NCBI GenBank assembly: GCA_031425655.1
Contig: JANPJS010000207.1
Span: 1 to 45,236, forward strand
Direction: 5' to 3'
Origin: Abditibacteriaceae bacterium
GTDB taxonomy: Bacteria > Armatimonadota > Abditibacteriia > Abditibacteriales > Abditibacteriaceae
DNA: 45,236 nt
Shown in pieces: positions 37,703 to 45,236 of the stretch (within the stretch, counting starts at the first letter, position 1; each line of letters opens with the position of its first letter). Below the pieces are notes generated by a model, which ran no database searches, had not been told where the DNA came from, and saw only the letters and a list, made by a program, of their open reading frames with translations. A program made the position numbers and the translations under genes.

Positions 37703-38416
37703 ATGCCAGCCATCGCCGTTAAACATCGCAGCCACGCACCGACCGAGTTCGATTTTCAAGCCGCGCCCAAAACCGAAACTCACGCGCACTATCACGGCAT
37801 CGCCGAAGCTGCGCCGAGCAGTCGCGCGCGTTTTGCCGGCGCGCATCGCCACGCGCCGCATACCGCTGACTTAGATAATCCGTCCGAAACAGAATTGCTA
37901 TTGCGCCGCATCTTGGAAGACGAGCCGGCGCCGCTAACGGCGGAAGAACTGCTGGTTGAAGCCTCGCGGGCGCGGCGTCGGGCGCGTCCCCGGCATCGCC
38001 CGTTCCGTCTGACCAAAGCGCAGTGCATCATCGCCGGCACGTTGCTTTGCCAGCTTACCGGCGTGCTGTGGTGGCAAAGTCAGGCACTTTCGCTGCGCAA
38101 CCGCGATCAGCGTTTGAAAAACGACATCGCCATCACCAGCCAGCAAATCGCGCAAACCAAGAACGCGATTTCGCAACTCGATTCCGAAGGCAATTTGTCG
38201 CAGTTGGCGGCGCAGATGCAGTGGCACCGCGCGCCGGTCAACAACTTCGACGACGTGAGCAAAACGCGGCGCCTGACGCCTCAGGAAACCGCTGCGATAA
38301 GCGCATCGGCGACGGGCGACGGCAGCGAAGCCGTTCTGGCACCGGAGCCGGTAGACCAGGTTATTGCCGGCCATCGCGCCGCCGAACCGAACGTGCGGGT
38401 TGATGAGACACATTAA
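37703..38416 (+). CDS. FtsL-like bitopic protein
   Basis: Single TM followed by a coiled coil; lies between rsmH and the PBP gene. Confidence 0.6.
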   Translation: MPAIAVKHRSHAPTEFDFQAAPKTETHAHYHGIAEAAPSSRARFAGAHRHAPHTADLDNPSETELLLRRILEDEPAPLTAEELLVEASRARRRARPRHRPFRLTKAQCIIAGTLLCQLTGVLWWQSQALSLRNRDQRLKNDIAITSQQIAQTKNAISQLDSEGNLSQLAAQMQWHRAPVNNFDDVSKTRRLTPQETAAISASATGDGSEAVLAPEPVDQVIAGHRAAEPNVRVDETH

Positions 38417-40368
38417 TGCCAACGGAATTTGAAGGCTCTTTTCATTCGGAACCATCCGCCCGCCTTTCGCAACGCGAAGGCGGGCGCGCCTTTGCGTTTG
38501 CCGCAGCGGCGCCGGCCATCGCCAAACCGCGCCGCACGCCTGAAGGCATTGCGCTTTCGGGCACGCGACGACGCATCGAAGGCACGTTTTACGGCCTTGC
38601 GCTGGCGTTGGTGTGCCTCGCCGGGCGCTTGATCTGGCTGCAAGCTTCGGGCGAACCCGAAAAGAAGATCGAAAAAGCGATTACTTTAACTGCCGCGCCG
38701 CGCCGCGCCGATATTCTGGCGCGCGATGGCGCGGCTTTGGCCGTGACGTTAGATGAATACACGGTCAGCGCCAATCCGCGCGGCGTGGTGCAAAAAGAAA
38801 AGATGGCGCGTTTGGTCGCGTCGGCCATTGGCGGCGATGAGCAAAAATATCTGGCGCTGCTGCAAAAAGAAACCAAACCGGACGGCTCCAAAAACTACTT
38901 TGTGCGCTTGGCCCGGCGCGTCTCCAAAGAGAAAATTGATGCCCTGAAAAAGCTGCAAAGCACTGAAAAGCTGAAAACCAAGCCGGCCAAACGCCTGCGC
39001 CGCGAGTTTTGGGCGCAGATTCGCTGGGAAGGGACGCCGCGCCGCCATTATCCTCTGGAAAATCTGGCCTGCCAGCTCGTCGGCTATACCACACCCGACG
39101 GCAAAGGCGTGACGGGCCTCGAAGCGGCTTGGAACAGCGAGCTTTCGGGCCAGCCGGAGCAAGTCACTTCGCAAGTGGATGCCGCCGACCGTCCCGTCCC
39201 GATGTTTGTCAGCAATTGGAAGCCACCGGTCGCCGGTCGCACGATTGTCACCACGATTGATCGCCAGATTCAAGCGGCCTGCGATGAGGCTTTAGCGACT
39301 ATTCTCACGAAGTTCAAGCCGCAAATGGCGTCGGCGGTTGTCATGGACCCGAAAACCGGCGAGATTTTGGCGATGTCGAGCGCGCCGACCTTCGACCTCA
39401 ATAACCCCGATGCGACGACCAATGGCCTGACCTCGAATCGCTGCCTGCAATACGCTTACGAGCCGGGTTCGACCTTCAAGATCATCACGGCGGCGGCGGC
39501 GGTGGAAAACGTGCCGAATTGGCAGAAATATGCGTTTTACTGCGCCGGTTCGCAAATCGTCGGCAAGCACAATATGCACTGCTGGATTTCCAGCACTTCC
39601 AAACGCGCGCACGGCAGCGAAGATTTGTCAGAGAGCATCCGCGACAGTTGCAACTTCGGCGTTTACGGCTTCGCGCGCAAAGTAGGCCGCGAAAAAATGC
39701 TGGATTATGCCCAGCGTTTCGGATTGGGCCGGCGCATTCGCCTCGCGCAACTGCGCGACCACGCCGGGCAACTGCCGAAAAATCCCAGCGAATGGGGCGA
39801 AGCGCAATTAGCCAACTTCGCGTTCGGGCAGGGCATGACGCTCACGCCCATGCAATTAGCGCGCATCGCCGGCACCATCGCCAACGACGGCGTGATGATG
39901 AAGCCTTTGCTGATTAAGGAAACGCGCGACGAAAAAGGCAATGTGGTCGAAAGTTTTGCGCCGGAAGTGGATCGTCGCGTGATAAAACCCGAAACCGCGC
40001 GCGAAGTTCATAAGATGATGCAGCGCGTCATCGTCGAAGGCACGGCGCGCAAATTCGTCTTTGTGCCGGGCTATCTCGCGGCGGGCAAAACCGGCTCGGC
40101 GCAAAAGTCGGATGGGCCGCGCGGCTACAGTTCGGCGCGTTTTATTTCCTCACTCGTCGGCTTCGTGCCCTCGCAAAACCCGAAGTTCGTGATTATGGTT
40201 ATGGCCGATGAGCCGCGCGGCAGCCATTGGGGCAGCGAAGTCTGCGGCCCGGCCTTCGCCGACATCGCCACGGAATCCATGCGCCTGCTGCGTCTGCGCG
40301 ACGGCACCAAAGCGCCCGCGCCCAATCCCGCGCTGATGGTGCGGCACAAGGAAGAAAAGAAGCATTAA
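38416..40368 (+). CDS. ftsI: class B penicillin-binding protein (FtsI/SpoVD-like)
   Basis: RADILARDG, RHYP, EPGSTFK, SCN, GKTGS. Confidence 0.92.
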   Translation: MPTEFEGSFHSEPSARLSQREGGRAFAFAAAAPAIAKPRRTPEGIALSGTRRRIEGTFYGLALALVCLAGRLIWLQASGEPEKKIEKAITLTAAPRRADILARDGAALAVTLDEYTVSANPRGVVQKEKMARLVASAIGGDEQKYLALLQKETKPDGSKNYFVRLARRVSKEKIDALKKLQSTEKLKTKPAKRLRREFWAQIRWEGTPRRHYPLENLACQLVGYTTPDGKGVTGLEAAWNSELSGQPEQVTSQVDAADRPVPMFVSNWKPPVAGRTIVTTIDRQIQAACDEALATILTKFKPQMASAVVMDPKTGEILAMSSAPTFDLNNPDATTNGLTSNRCLQYAYEPGSTFKIITAAAAVENVPNWQKYAFYCAGSQIVGKHNMHCWISSTSKRAHGSEDLSESIRDSCNFGVYGFARKVGREKMLDYAQRFGLGRRIRLAQLRDHAGQLPKNPSEWGEAQLANFAFGQGMTLTPMQLARIAGTIANDGVMMKPLLIKETRDEKGNVVESFAPEVDRRVIKPETAREVHKMMQRVIVEGTARKFVFVPGYLAAGKTGSAQKSDGPRGYSSARFISSLVGFVPSQNPKFVIMVMADEPRGSHWGSEVCGPAFADIATESMRLLRLRDGTKAPAPNPALMVRHKEEKKH

Positions 40369-40389
40369 AATTCACCGCAGAGGCGCAGA
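40336..40389 (+). repeat. 54-bp direct repeat copy 1 (ftsI 3' end + start of hairpin arm)
   Basis: Identical to 40799-40852. Confidence 0.97.
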
Positions 40390-40393
40390 AATT

Positions 40394-40831
40394 TTGAGTA
40401 AAAGAGAAGATAGCATCCTGAGGCGGGAATTTAACAGGGGATGCCTTCAGGTAATCGGCATTTTGCTTGTTTCGTTCGTTTGCTTTGTAGCATTAGGTAT
40501 CTACCAGAGCAGCAAGACTTGGCTTCCCAAAAACGTTACTACGTTAGCCCAATTCGATAAGCAGATGCCGAAACCTAAGTTCGTTTTTCTTAGGCAGAAA
40601 AGCGGCCAATATTATATTGAGGTGGTCGGCGCATTACCCGGTTTTCCTGCATTTGCATCAGGGAATCCCAATTATATTTTTGATGCAAAAGGGAAAATAG
40701 TAGATTGGGTGGAAGACTTTTGGGGTGATTCGTCCTACCAAAAGCGTTGGGCTGGATTGGAAGGGGTGCGTGCTATTTCCATGCAGGAAGCGATAGCAAT
40801 GGTGCGGCACAAGGAAGAAAAGAAGCATTAA
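40394..40831 (+). CDS. AT-rich hypothetical membrane-anchored protein ending in the FtsI C-terminal decapeptide
   Basis: N-terminal TM; ends MVRHKEEKKH* through the duplicated segment. Confidence 0.7.
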   Translation: MSKREDSILRREFNRGCLQVIGILLVSFVCFVALGIYQSSKTWLPKNVTTLAQFDKQMPKPKFVFLRQKSGQYYIEVVGALPGFPAFASGNPNYIFDAKGKIVDWVEDFWGDSSYQKRWAGLEGVRAISMQEAIAMVRHKEEKKH

Positions 40832-40852
40832 AATTCACCGCAGAGGCGCAGA
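40799..40852 (+). repeat. 54-bp direct repeat copy 2
   Basis: Identical to 40336-40389. Confidence 0.97.
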
Positions 40853-40909
40853 GGGCGCAGAGAATCAAATAAAATTTCTCTGCGCCCTCTGCGAACTCTG
40901 CGGTGAATT
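40832..40909 (+). repeat. 9-mer tandem-repeat hairpin (CGCAGAGNN)
   Basis: TTCACCGCAGAGGCGCAGAGGGCGCAGAGA...TCTCTGCGCCCTCTGCGAACTCTGCGGTGAA. Confidence 0.9.
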
Positions 40910-40922
40910 GAAAAGGACAAAA

Positions 40923-42425
40923 ATGCCGTCGTTGAAAGAACTGCTGGTTGGATTGCCGGACGCGCGCGTAGTCGGCGATGAAAACGCCGAAGTGGCCTCG
41001 CTGGCTTACGATTCGCGGCAGGTGTCGGCGGGCACGGCGTTCGTGGCAGTGCGCGGAACCGAGCGCGACGGGCACGAATTCATCGAGCAGGCGGTGCAGC
41101 GCGGCGCGAGTTTCATCGTCGCCGACAACGAAGATGCGGTGCGCGAGTTGCCCGAAAACGTAACGCGCATCTTTGTGCCCGACACGCGCCACGCTCTTGC
41201 CATGTTGGCCGCCGAGTTTTACGGGCATCCTTCGCGCGAGCTGTTTTTAGTCGGCGTGACCGGCACGAATGGCAAAACCACGACAGCGCATCTCATCGCC
41301 GATTTGCTGCGCGCGACGGGTTACAAAAGCGTGGGAATCATCGGCACATTGGGCGCGGCCAACGAGAAAAATTTCTTCGATACAGGCCGCACCACGCCCG
41401 AAAGCCTTGATTTGCAGCGCCTTTTCGCCGATTTTCTCGATGGCGGCAGCGATGCCGTAGTGATGGAAGTTTCGTCGCACGCGTTGGCGCTGGGCCGTGT
41501 GACGGGTTGCGCCTTCGACGCCGGCGTTTTCACTAATCTCACGCAGGATCATCTCGATTTTCATCCCGACATGGAAGATTATTTCGCGGCCAAAGCGAAA
41601 CTGTTTTCCGAAGTCGCGCGCTATTCGGAGCAATTCAAGAGCTTTGGCGCTGTGTTGAACGTGGACGATGCTTACGGGCGCCGTCTGCGCGACGAAGTGT
41701 GCGCCGATTCGCTGTATCTCACTTACGGCATTGACGCCGACGCACACGTCAACGCCGAAGCCGTGCATTTGACGCCGACTTCGACTTCGTTCGTGGCGCG
41801 CACCGCGACCGAGCGCATCAATCTCGACCTGAATTTAGTCGGGCGCTTCAATGTCTATAATGCGCTTTCTGCCGTCGGTTTCGGCTTGTTGCAAGGCATT
41901 CCGGCTGGGCAGATTCGCGGCGCGCTCAGCGCGGCCAAATCGCCCGAAGGCCGCATGGAAACCATTGACAGCGGGCAAAATTTCTATGTGTCGGTTGATT
42001 ACGCGCACACGCCCGACGGCCTGAAAAACGTGCTTTCGACCGTCCGCGAATTTGTGCCCGAAGGCAGCGGGCGCTTGATTACCGTTTTCGGCTGCGGAGG
42101 CGACCGCGATGCCACCAAACGCCCGGTTATGGGCACTATCGCCGCTTCGCTGTCGGACGTGTGCGTGATAACCAGCGACAATCCGCGCACCGAAGACCCG
42201 CAAAAAATTATCGAGGATATTTTATCGGGCACCAGCGGCGGATACGCGGAAACGATTGTCGAACCCGACCGCCGCAAAGCGATTCAAATCGCGATTGAAA
42301 CCGCGCGTCCCGGCGATTTCGTGATGATCGCCGGCAAAGGCCACGAAACCTATCAGATTCTCAAAGACCGCACCATCCACTTCGACGCCCGCGAAGTCGT
42401 GCGCGAGTTTTTGGAAGAAAAATAA
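40923..42425 (+). CDS. murE: UDP-MurNAc-Ala-Glu:meso-DAP ligase
   Basis: GVTGTNGKTT, MEVSSH, DYAHTPD, DNPR (DAP-specific). Confidence 0.98.
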   Translation: MPSLKELLVGLPDARVVGDENAEVASLAYDSRQVSAGTAFVAVRGTERDGHEFIEQAVQRGASFIVADNEDAVRELPENVTRIFVPDTRHALAMLAAEFYGHPSRELFLVGVTGTNGKTTTAHLIADLLRATGYKSVGIIGTLGAANEKNFFDTGRTTPESLDLQRLFADFLDGGSDAVVMEVSSHALALGRVTGCAFDAGVFTNLTQDHLDFHPDMEDYFAAKAKLFSEVARYSEQFKSFGAVLNVDDAYGRRLRDEVCADSLYLTYGIDADAHVNAEAVHLTPTSTSFVARTATERINLDLNLVGRFNVYNALSAVGFGLLQGIPAGQIRGALSAAKSPEGRMETIDSGQNFYVSVDYAHTPDGLKNVLSTVREFVPEGSGRLITVFGCGGDRDATKRPVMGTIAASLSDVCVITSDNPRTEDPQKIIEDILSGTSGGYAETIVEPDRRKAIQIAIETARPGDFVMIAGKGHETYQILKDRTIHFDAREVVREFLEEK

Positions 42426-42426
42426 A

Positions 42427-42559
42427 CGGCCCGGCGATTGAAATCGCGGCTCCGGGCCGTTGGCCGAGCGTCGGCCTGCGCCGCCGCCGAATATTTTCCG
42501 TCCGCGAAGGCGGACGGTCGGCGCAGAGCGCCCGGAGCCGCGATTTCAATCGCCGGGCC
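42427..42559. repeat. REP/MITE-like palindrome
   Basis: GGCCCGGCGATTGAAATCGCGGCTCCGGGC...GTCCGCGAAGGCGGAC...GCCCGGAGCCGCGATTTCAATCGCCGGGCC. Confidence 0.85.
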
Positions 42560-42566
42560 AAACATC

Positions 42567-43976
42567 ATGCTTACCCAAACCCCTTCCAACCGCGCTCGCT
42601 TCACCTTCGACGAAATCGTCGCTGCCTGTGGCGGCGAATGGCTGAACGCGCCCGCTGGCGGCGAAGTCGGCGGCGTGGAAACCGACACACGAAAACTGGC
42701 GCCCAGCACGCTGTTTATCGCGCTGCGCGGCGAACGGTTCGACGGCCATGATTTTCTGGAGCAAGCGCAAGCATTGGGCGCCGTCGCCGCGATTGTGGAC
42801 AGCGCCGAAAACGCGCCTGCCGGTTTGCCGCTTTTGCGCGTAGCCGACACGCTGCGAGCGTTGGGCGACTTGGCGCGGGCCAATCGCGCGCGTTATGCAA
42901 TTCCCGTCATCGGCGTGACGGGTTCGTATGGGAAAACCACGACGCGCGCTCTGATTGCCGCTGCGCTGTCGCCGAAATTCAAAGTGCTGGCTTCGGAAGG
43001 CAATTTCAACAACGAAATCGGCGTGCCTTTGACGCTTTTGCAACTTGACGAATCACATGGCGCGGCGATTGTGGAACTGGCGATGCGCGGCGCCGGGCAA
43101 ATCGAATATCTCGCCGACATCGCGCGCCCGACGCACGCGGTTATCACCAACATCGGGCCGCAGCATATCGAATTGCTCGGCTCGGAAGAAAACATCGCGC
43201 GGGCTAAAGCCGAAGTGTTGCGCTTTCTGCCTCCCGACGGCGTGGCGATTCTGCCCTCCGACGACGAATATCTCGACTTTTTCACCGATCAAGTCGGCTG
43301 TCGCATCGCTACGTTTGGCGCCAATCCGTCGGCGGAATATCACGCGGGCGAAGCGAAAACCGGCGACGACGGCCATATTTCGTTCGCGCTGACAACTTCT
43401 TCGCATCTCAAAACGCATTCGCTGAAACTGCCGATGCCGGGCATTCACAACGCCATTAACGCGGCGGCGGCTTTGGCTGTCGCCGATTTATTGGGCGTGC
43501 CCCTCGACGAAGCCGCGCGTGCCCTCGAAAGCGCGGTTGTGCCGGGCGCGCGGATGCGCGTTTTGCAAACTAATCGCCTGACAATCATTGATGATTCGTA
43601 TAACGCCGGGCCGACTTCGATGCGCGTGGCGCTGCAAACGCTGCTCGATTTTCCCGGAAGCGGTCGGCGCATCGCTATTTTGGGCGCGATGAAAGAGCTT
43701 GGCGAAATCAGCGAAGCCGAGCATCGCAAAATCGGCGATTTCGCAGGGACTTTCGCCGATATTTTGGTCGGCGTCGGCGGCGAAACGCGGCCTTTGCTGA
43801 ACGCGGCGGTTGAATCGGCGCGCCGCATCGAAAGCGAAATGCAAACTTTCTACTGCGAAAACGCGGCGGAAGCGGCGGCGCGCGTGGATGAGTTCGCGCA
43901 AAGCGGCGACGTGGTTTTAGTCAAAGGTAGCCGCAGCGTCGGCCTCGAAACGGCGGTGAGTGCGCTTGGCGGATAA
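42567..43976 (+). CDS. murF: UDP-MurNAc-tripeptide:D-Ala-D-Ala ligase
   Basis: GVTGSYGKTT, NFNNEIGVP, DSYNA, KGSR. Confidence 0.98.
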   Translation: MLTQTPSNRARFTFDEIVAACGGEWLNAPAGGEVGGVETDTRKLAPSTLFIALRGERFDGHDFLEQAQALGAVAAIVDSAENAPAGLPLLRVADTLRALGDLARANRARYAIPVIGVTGSYGKTTTRALIAAALSPKFKVLASEGNFNNEIGVPLTLLQLDESHGAAIVELAMRGAGQIEYLADIARPTHAVITNIGPQHIELLGSEENIARAKAEVLRFLPPDGVAILPSDDEYLDFFTDQVGCRIATFGANPSAEYHAGEAKTGDDGHISFALTTSSHLKTHSLKLPMPGIHNAINAAAALAVADLLGVPLDEAARALESAVVPGARMRVLQTNRLTIIDDSYNAGPTSMRVALQTLLDFPGSGRRIAILGAMKELGEISEAEHRKIGDFAGTFADILVGVGGETRPLLNAAVESARRIESEMQTFYCENAAEAAARVDEFAQSGDVVLVKGSRSVGLETAVSALGG

Positions 43977-45126
43977 CGGCGGAACTTTGCAGCAGGCGGC
44001 GCAGTTCTTGATGGATTTGCTAGGACGCACCGATCCGTGGGGCATCAGCGGTTTTCTGTTTCTCGGCTCATGGCTGTTGATGTTTCTTTTTGGCGCACCG
44101 ATGATTCGCTGGCTGCGCGACAAACGCTGGCGTAAAGACGTGCAAACGCAAGCCGAAGCGTGGCAGGTGCGCGAAGACACGCCGGAAACTCATCAGAAAA
44201 AGCAGGGCACGCCTTCGATGGGTGGGTTGGGAATTATTGGTGTGGCGTGTGCAGTTTTTACTGCTTCCTATTTGAGTGGATTGGCTCTCTCCACCCAAAT
44301 AGGAAATTTGTTCTTTTACTGGCCTGATTTGATTCTGCTTTTTCTGCTGCCTACTGTTACTGCGGCGCACGCCGTTTTAGGTTTCGCTGATGATTGGTCG
44401 AAGGCATCGGGTCGAGGCGGTTTGCGGGCGCGAGCCAAGCTTTTTGGGCAGATTGGACTGGGAATCGTCTTCTTAGGAGGCGTGTGGTGCTTGAATGAGG
44501 CTTATAAAGGGCAAAGCGCCTCTCCTGAACTTATCTTTAAAATTCCGTCGTCTTTGCTTTTAGCAATGTGTATTTGGGGAGTTCTGCTCATTTGCTTGGT
44601 TGGAACCTGCAACGCTGTGAATTTGACAGACGGAATTGATGGTTTAGCGGCAGGATTAGCGATTCAAGCAGGAATAGCGTTTTTCTTAATTAAGAATGAT
44701 TCGCCACTGTTCGGTGAATCAGCGGTTCTCTTTTGGGCGGCTTTAGCTGGTTCGTGTTTGGGTTTTCTGGCGTTCAACAAATATCCGGCGAAGGTGTTCA
44801 TGGGCGACACCGGCTCTCTGGCGCTGGGCGCGGCGGTCGGAGCCGGGGCGATTATGTGTCACGCGGTGTTTTTGCTGCCGTTCATCGCGTTTATTTACTT
44901 CGTCGAAATGTTCAGCGTGACGCTGCAAGTGCTGTATTTCAAATACACCCGGCGCAAATTCGGCGAAGGACGGCGCATTTTTCGTCGCGCGCCGCTGCAT
45001 CATCATTTTGAACTCGGCGGCTGGAGCGAATGGCGCGTCGTCGGCACGTTCTGGGCGATAAATCTGGTAACGTCGGCTATCGGACTGATTTTGTGGCATT
45101 TAAAAGTGTTGCCTCGTTTTCCTTAG
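43960..45126 (+). CDS. mraY: phospho-MurNAc-pentapeptide transferase (start 43960 or 43966)
   Basis: KQGTPSMGG, DD, NAVNLTDGIDGL, FMGDTG, APLHHHFEL. Confidence 0.98.
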   Translation: MRLADNGGTLQQAAQFLMDLLGRTDPWGISGFLFLGSWLLMFLFGAPMIRWLRDKRWRKDVQTQAEAWQVREDTPETHQKKQGTPSMGGLGIIGVACAVFTASYLSGLALSTQIGNLFFYWPDLILLFLLPTVTAAHAVLGFADDWSKASGRGGLRARAKLFGQIGLGIVFLGGVWCLNEAYKGQSASPELIFKIPSSLLLAMCIWGVLLICLVGTCNAVNLTDGIDGLAAGLAIQAGIAFFLIKNDSPLFGESAVLFWAALAGSCLGFLAFNKYPAKVFMGDTGSLALGAAVGAGAIMCHAVFLLPFIAFIYFVEMFSVTLQVLYFKYTRRKFGEGRRIFRRAPLHHHFELGGWSEWRVVGTFWAINLVTSAIGLILWHLKVLPRFP

Positions 45127-45168
45127 GAGGCATCCTGAAAAGTAGGAATCATGGGCAAAAGCAAGCGT

Positions 45169-45222
45169 TGTCATTCTGAGCGGAGCGAAGTGAGGAACGA
45201 ACGGAGCGCAGTCGAAGAATCT
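45169..45222. repeat. REP-like element (GTCATTCTGAGCG...GAAGAATCT type), possibly truncated by the window edge
   Basis: TGTCATTCTGAGCGGAGCGAAG...GAGCGCAGTCGAAGAATCT. Confidence 0.6.
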
Positions 45223-45236
45223 TTTAAGTCACGCAA

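Noticed and set aside
8425..42566. Long N-terminal extensions in the ORF track (rplN, rplR, adk, rpsK, rpsI, murF)
   Set aside because: They are translations of intergenic hairpins; conserved starts lie downstream.
1..45236. tRNA/rRNA genes, integrase, reverse transcriptase or DGR template/variable repeats
   Set aside because: None recognised. The rpsI repeat differences are synonymous rather than adenine-specific, and the ftsI repeats are identical.

Overview
Core-chromosome window (mostly ~55-60% GC) from a diderm, meso-DAP bacterium. Gene order and protein style suggest Armatimonadota/Abditibacteriota; this is an inference. From left to right it holds: the left end of an IS3-family element interrupting an AT-rich membrane-protein gene; a stand-alone tuf with a perfect sigma70 promoter; the S10-spc-alpha ribosomal superoperon through truA-rplM-rpsI; a PemK/MazF-type toxin-antitoxin pair; a dehydrogenase/DUF6807/MFS cluster; a cobalamin-riboswitch btuB-like receptor; an M48 peptidase; a sulfurtransferase cluster; and the start of the dcw operon (mraZ to mraY). 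The most striking non-standard signal is about 22 intergenic hairpins built from short tandem repeats (7-, 8-, 9- and 10-mers in about 10 sequence families) sitting at most gene junctions. In the copies checked, their arm mismatches are G-U compatible on the transcribed strand. Two small cargo inserts lack an integrase and are flanked by long direct repeats of 'host gene 3' end + hairpin' (at rpsI and ftsI). There are also two 143-nt dual-frame overlaps (rpsE/rpmD and mraZ/rsmH), a 10-nt-periodic candidate MraZ operator, lineage-specific insertions in ribosomal proteins, and a low-GC mosaic segment inside mraY.
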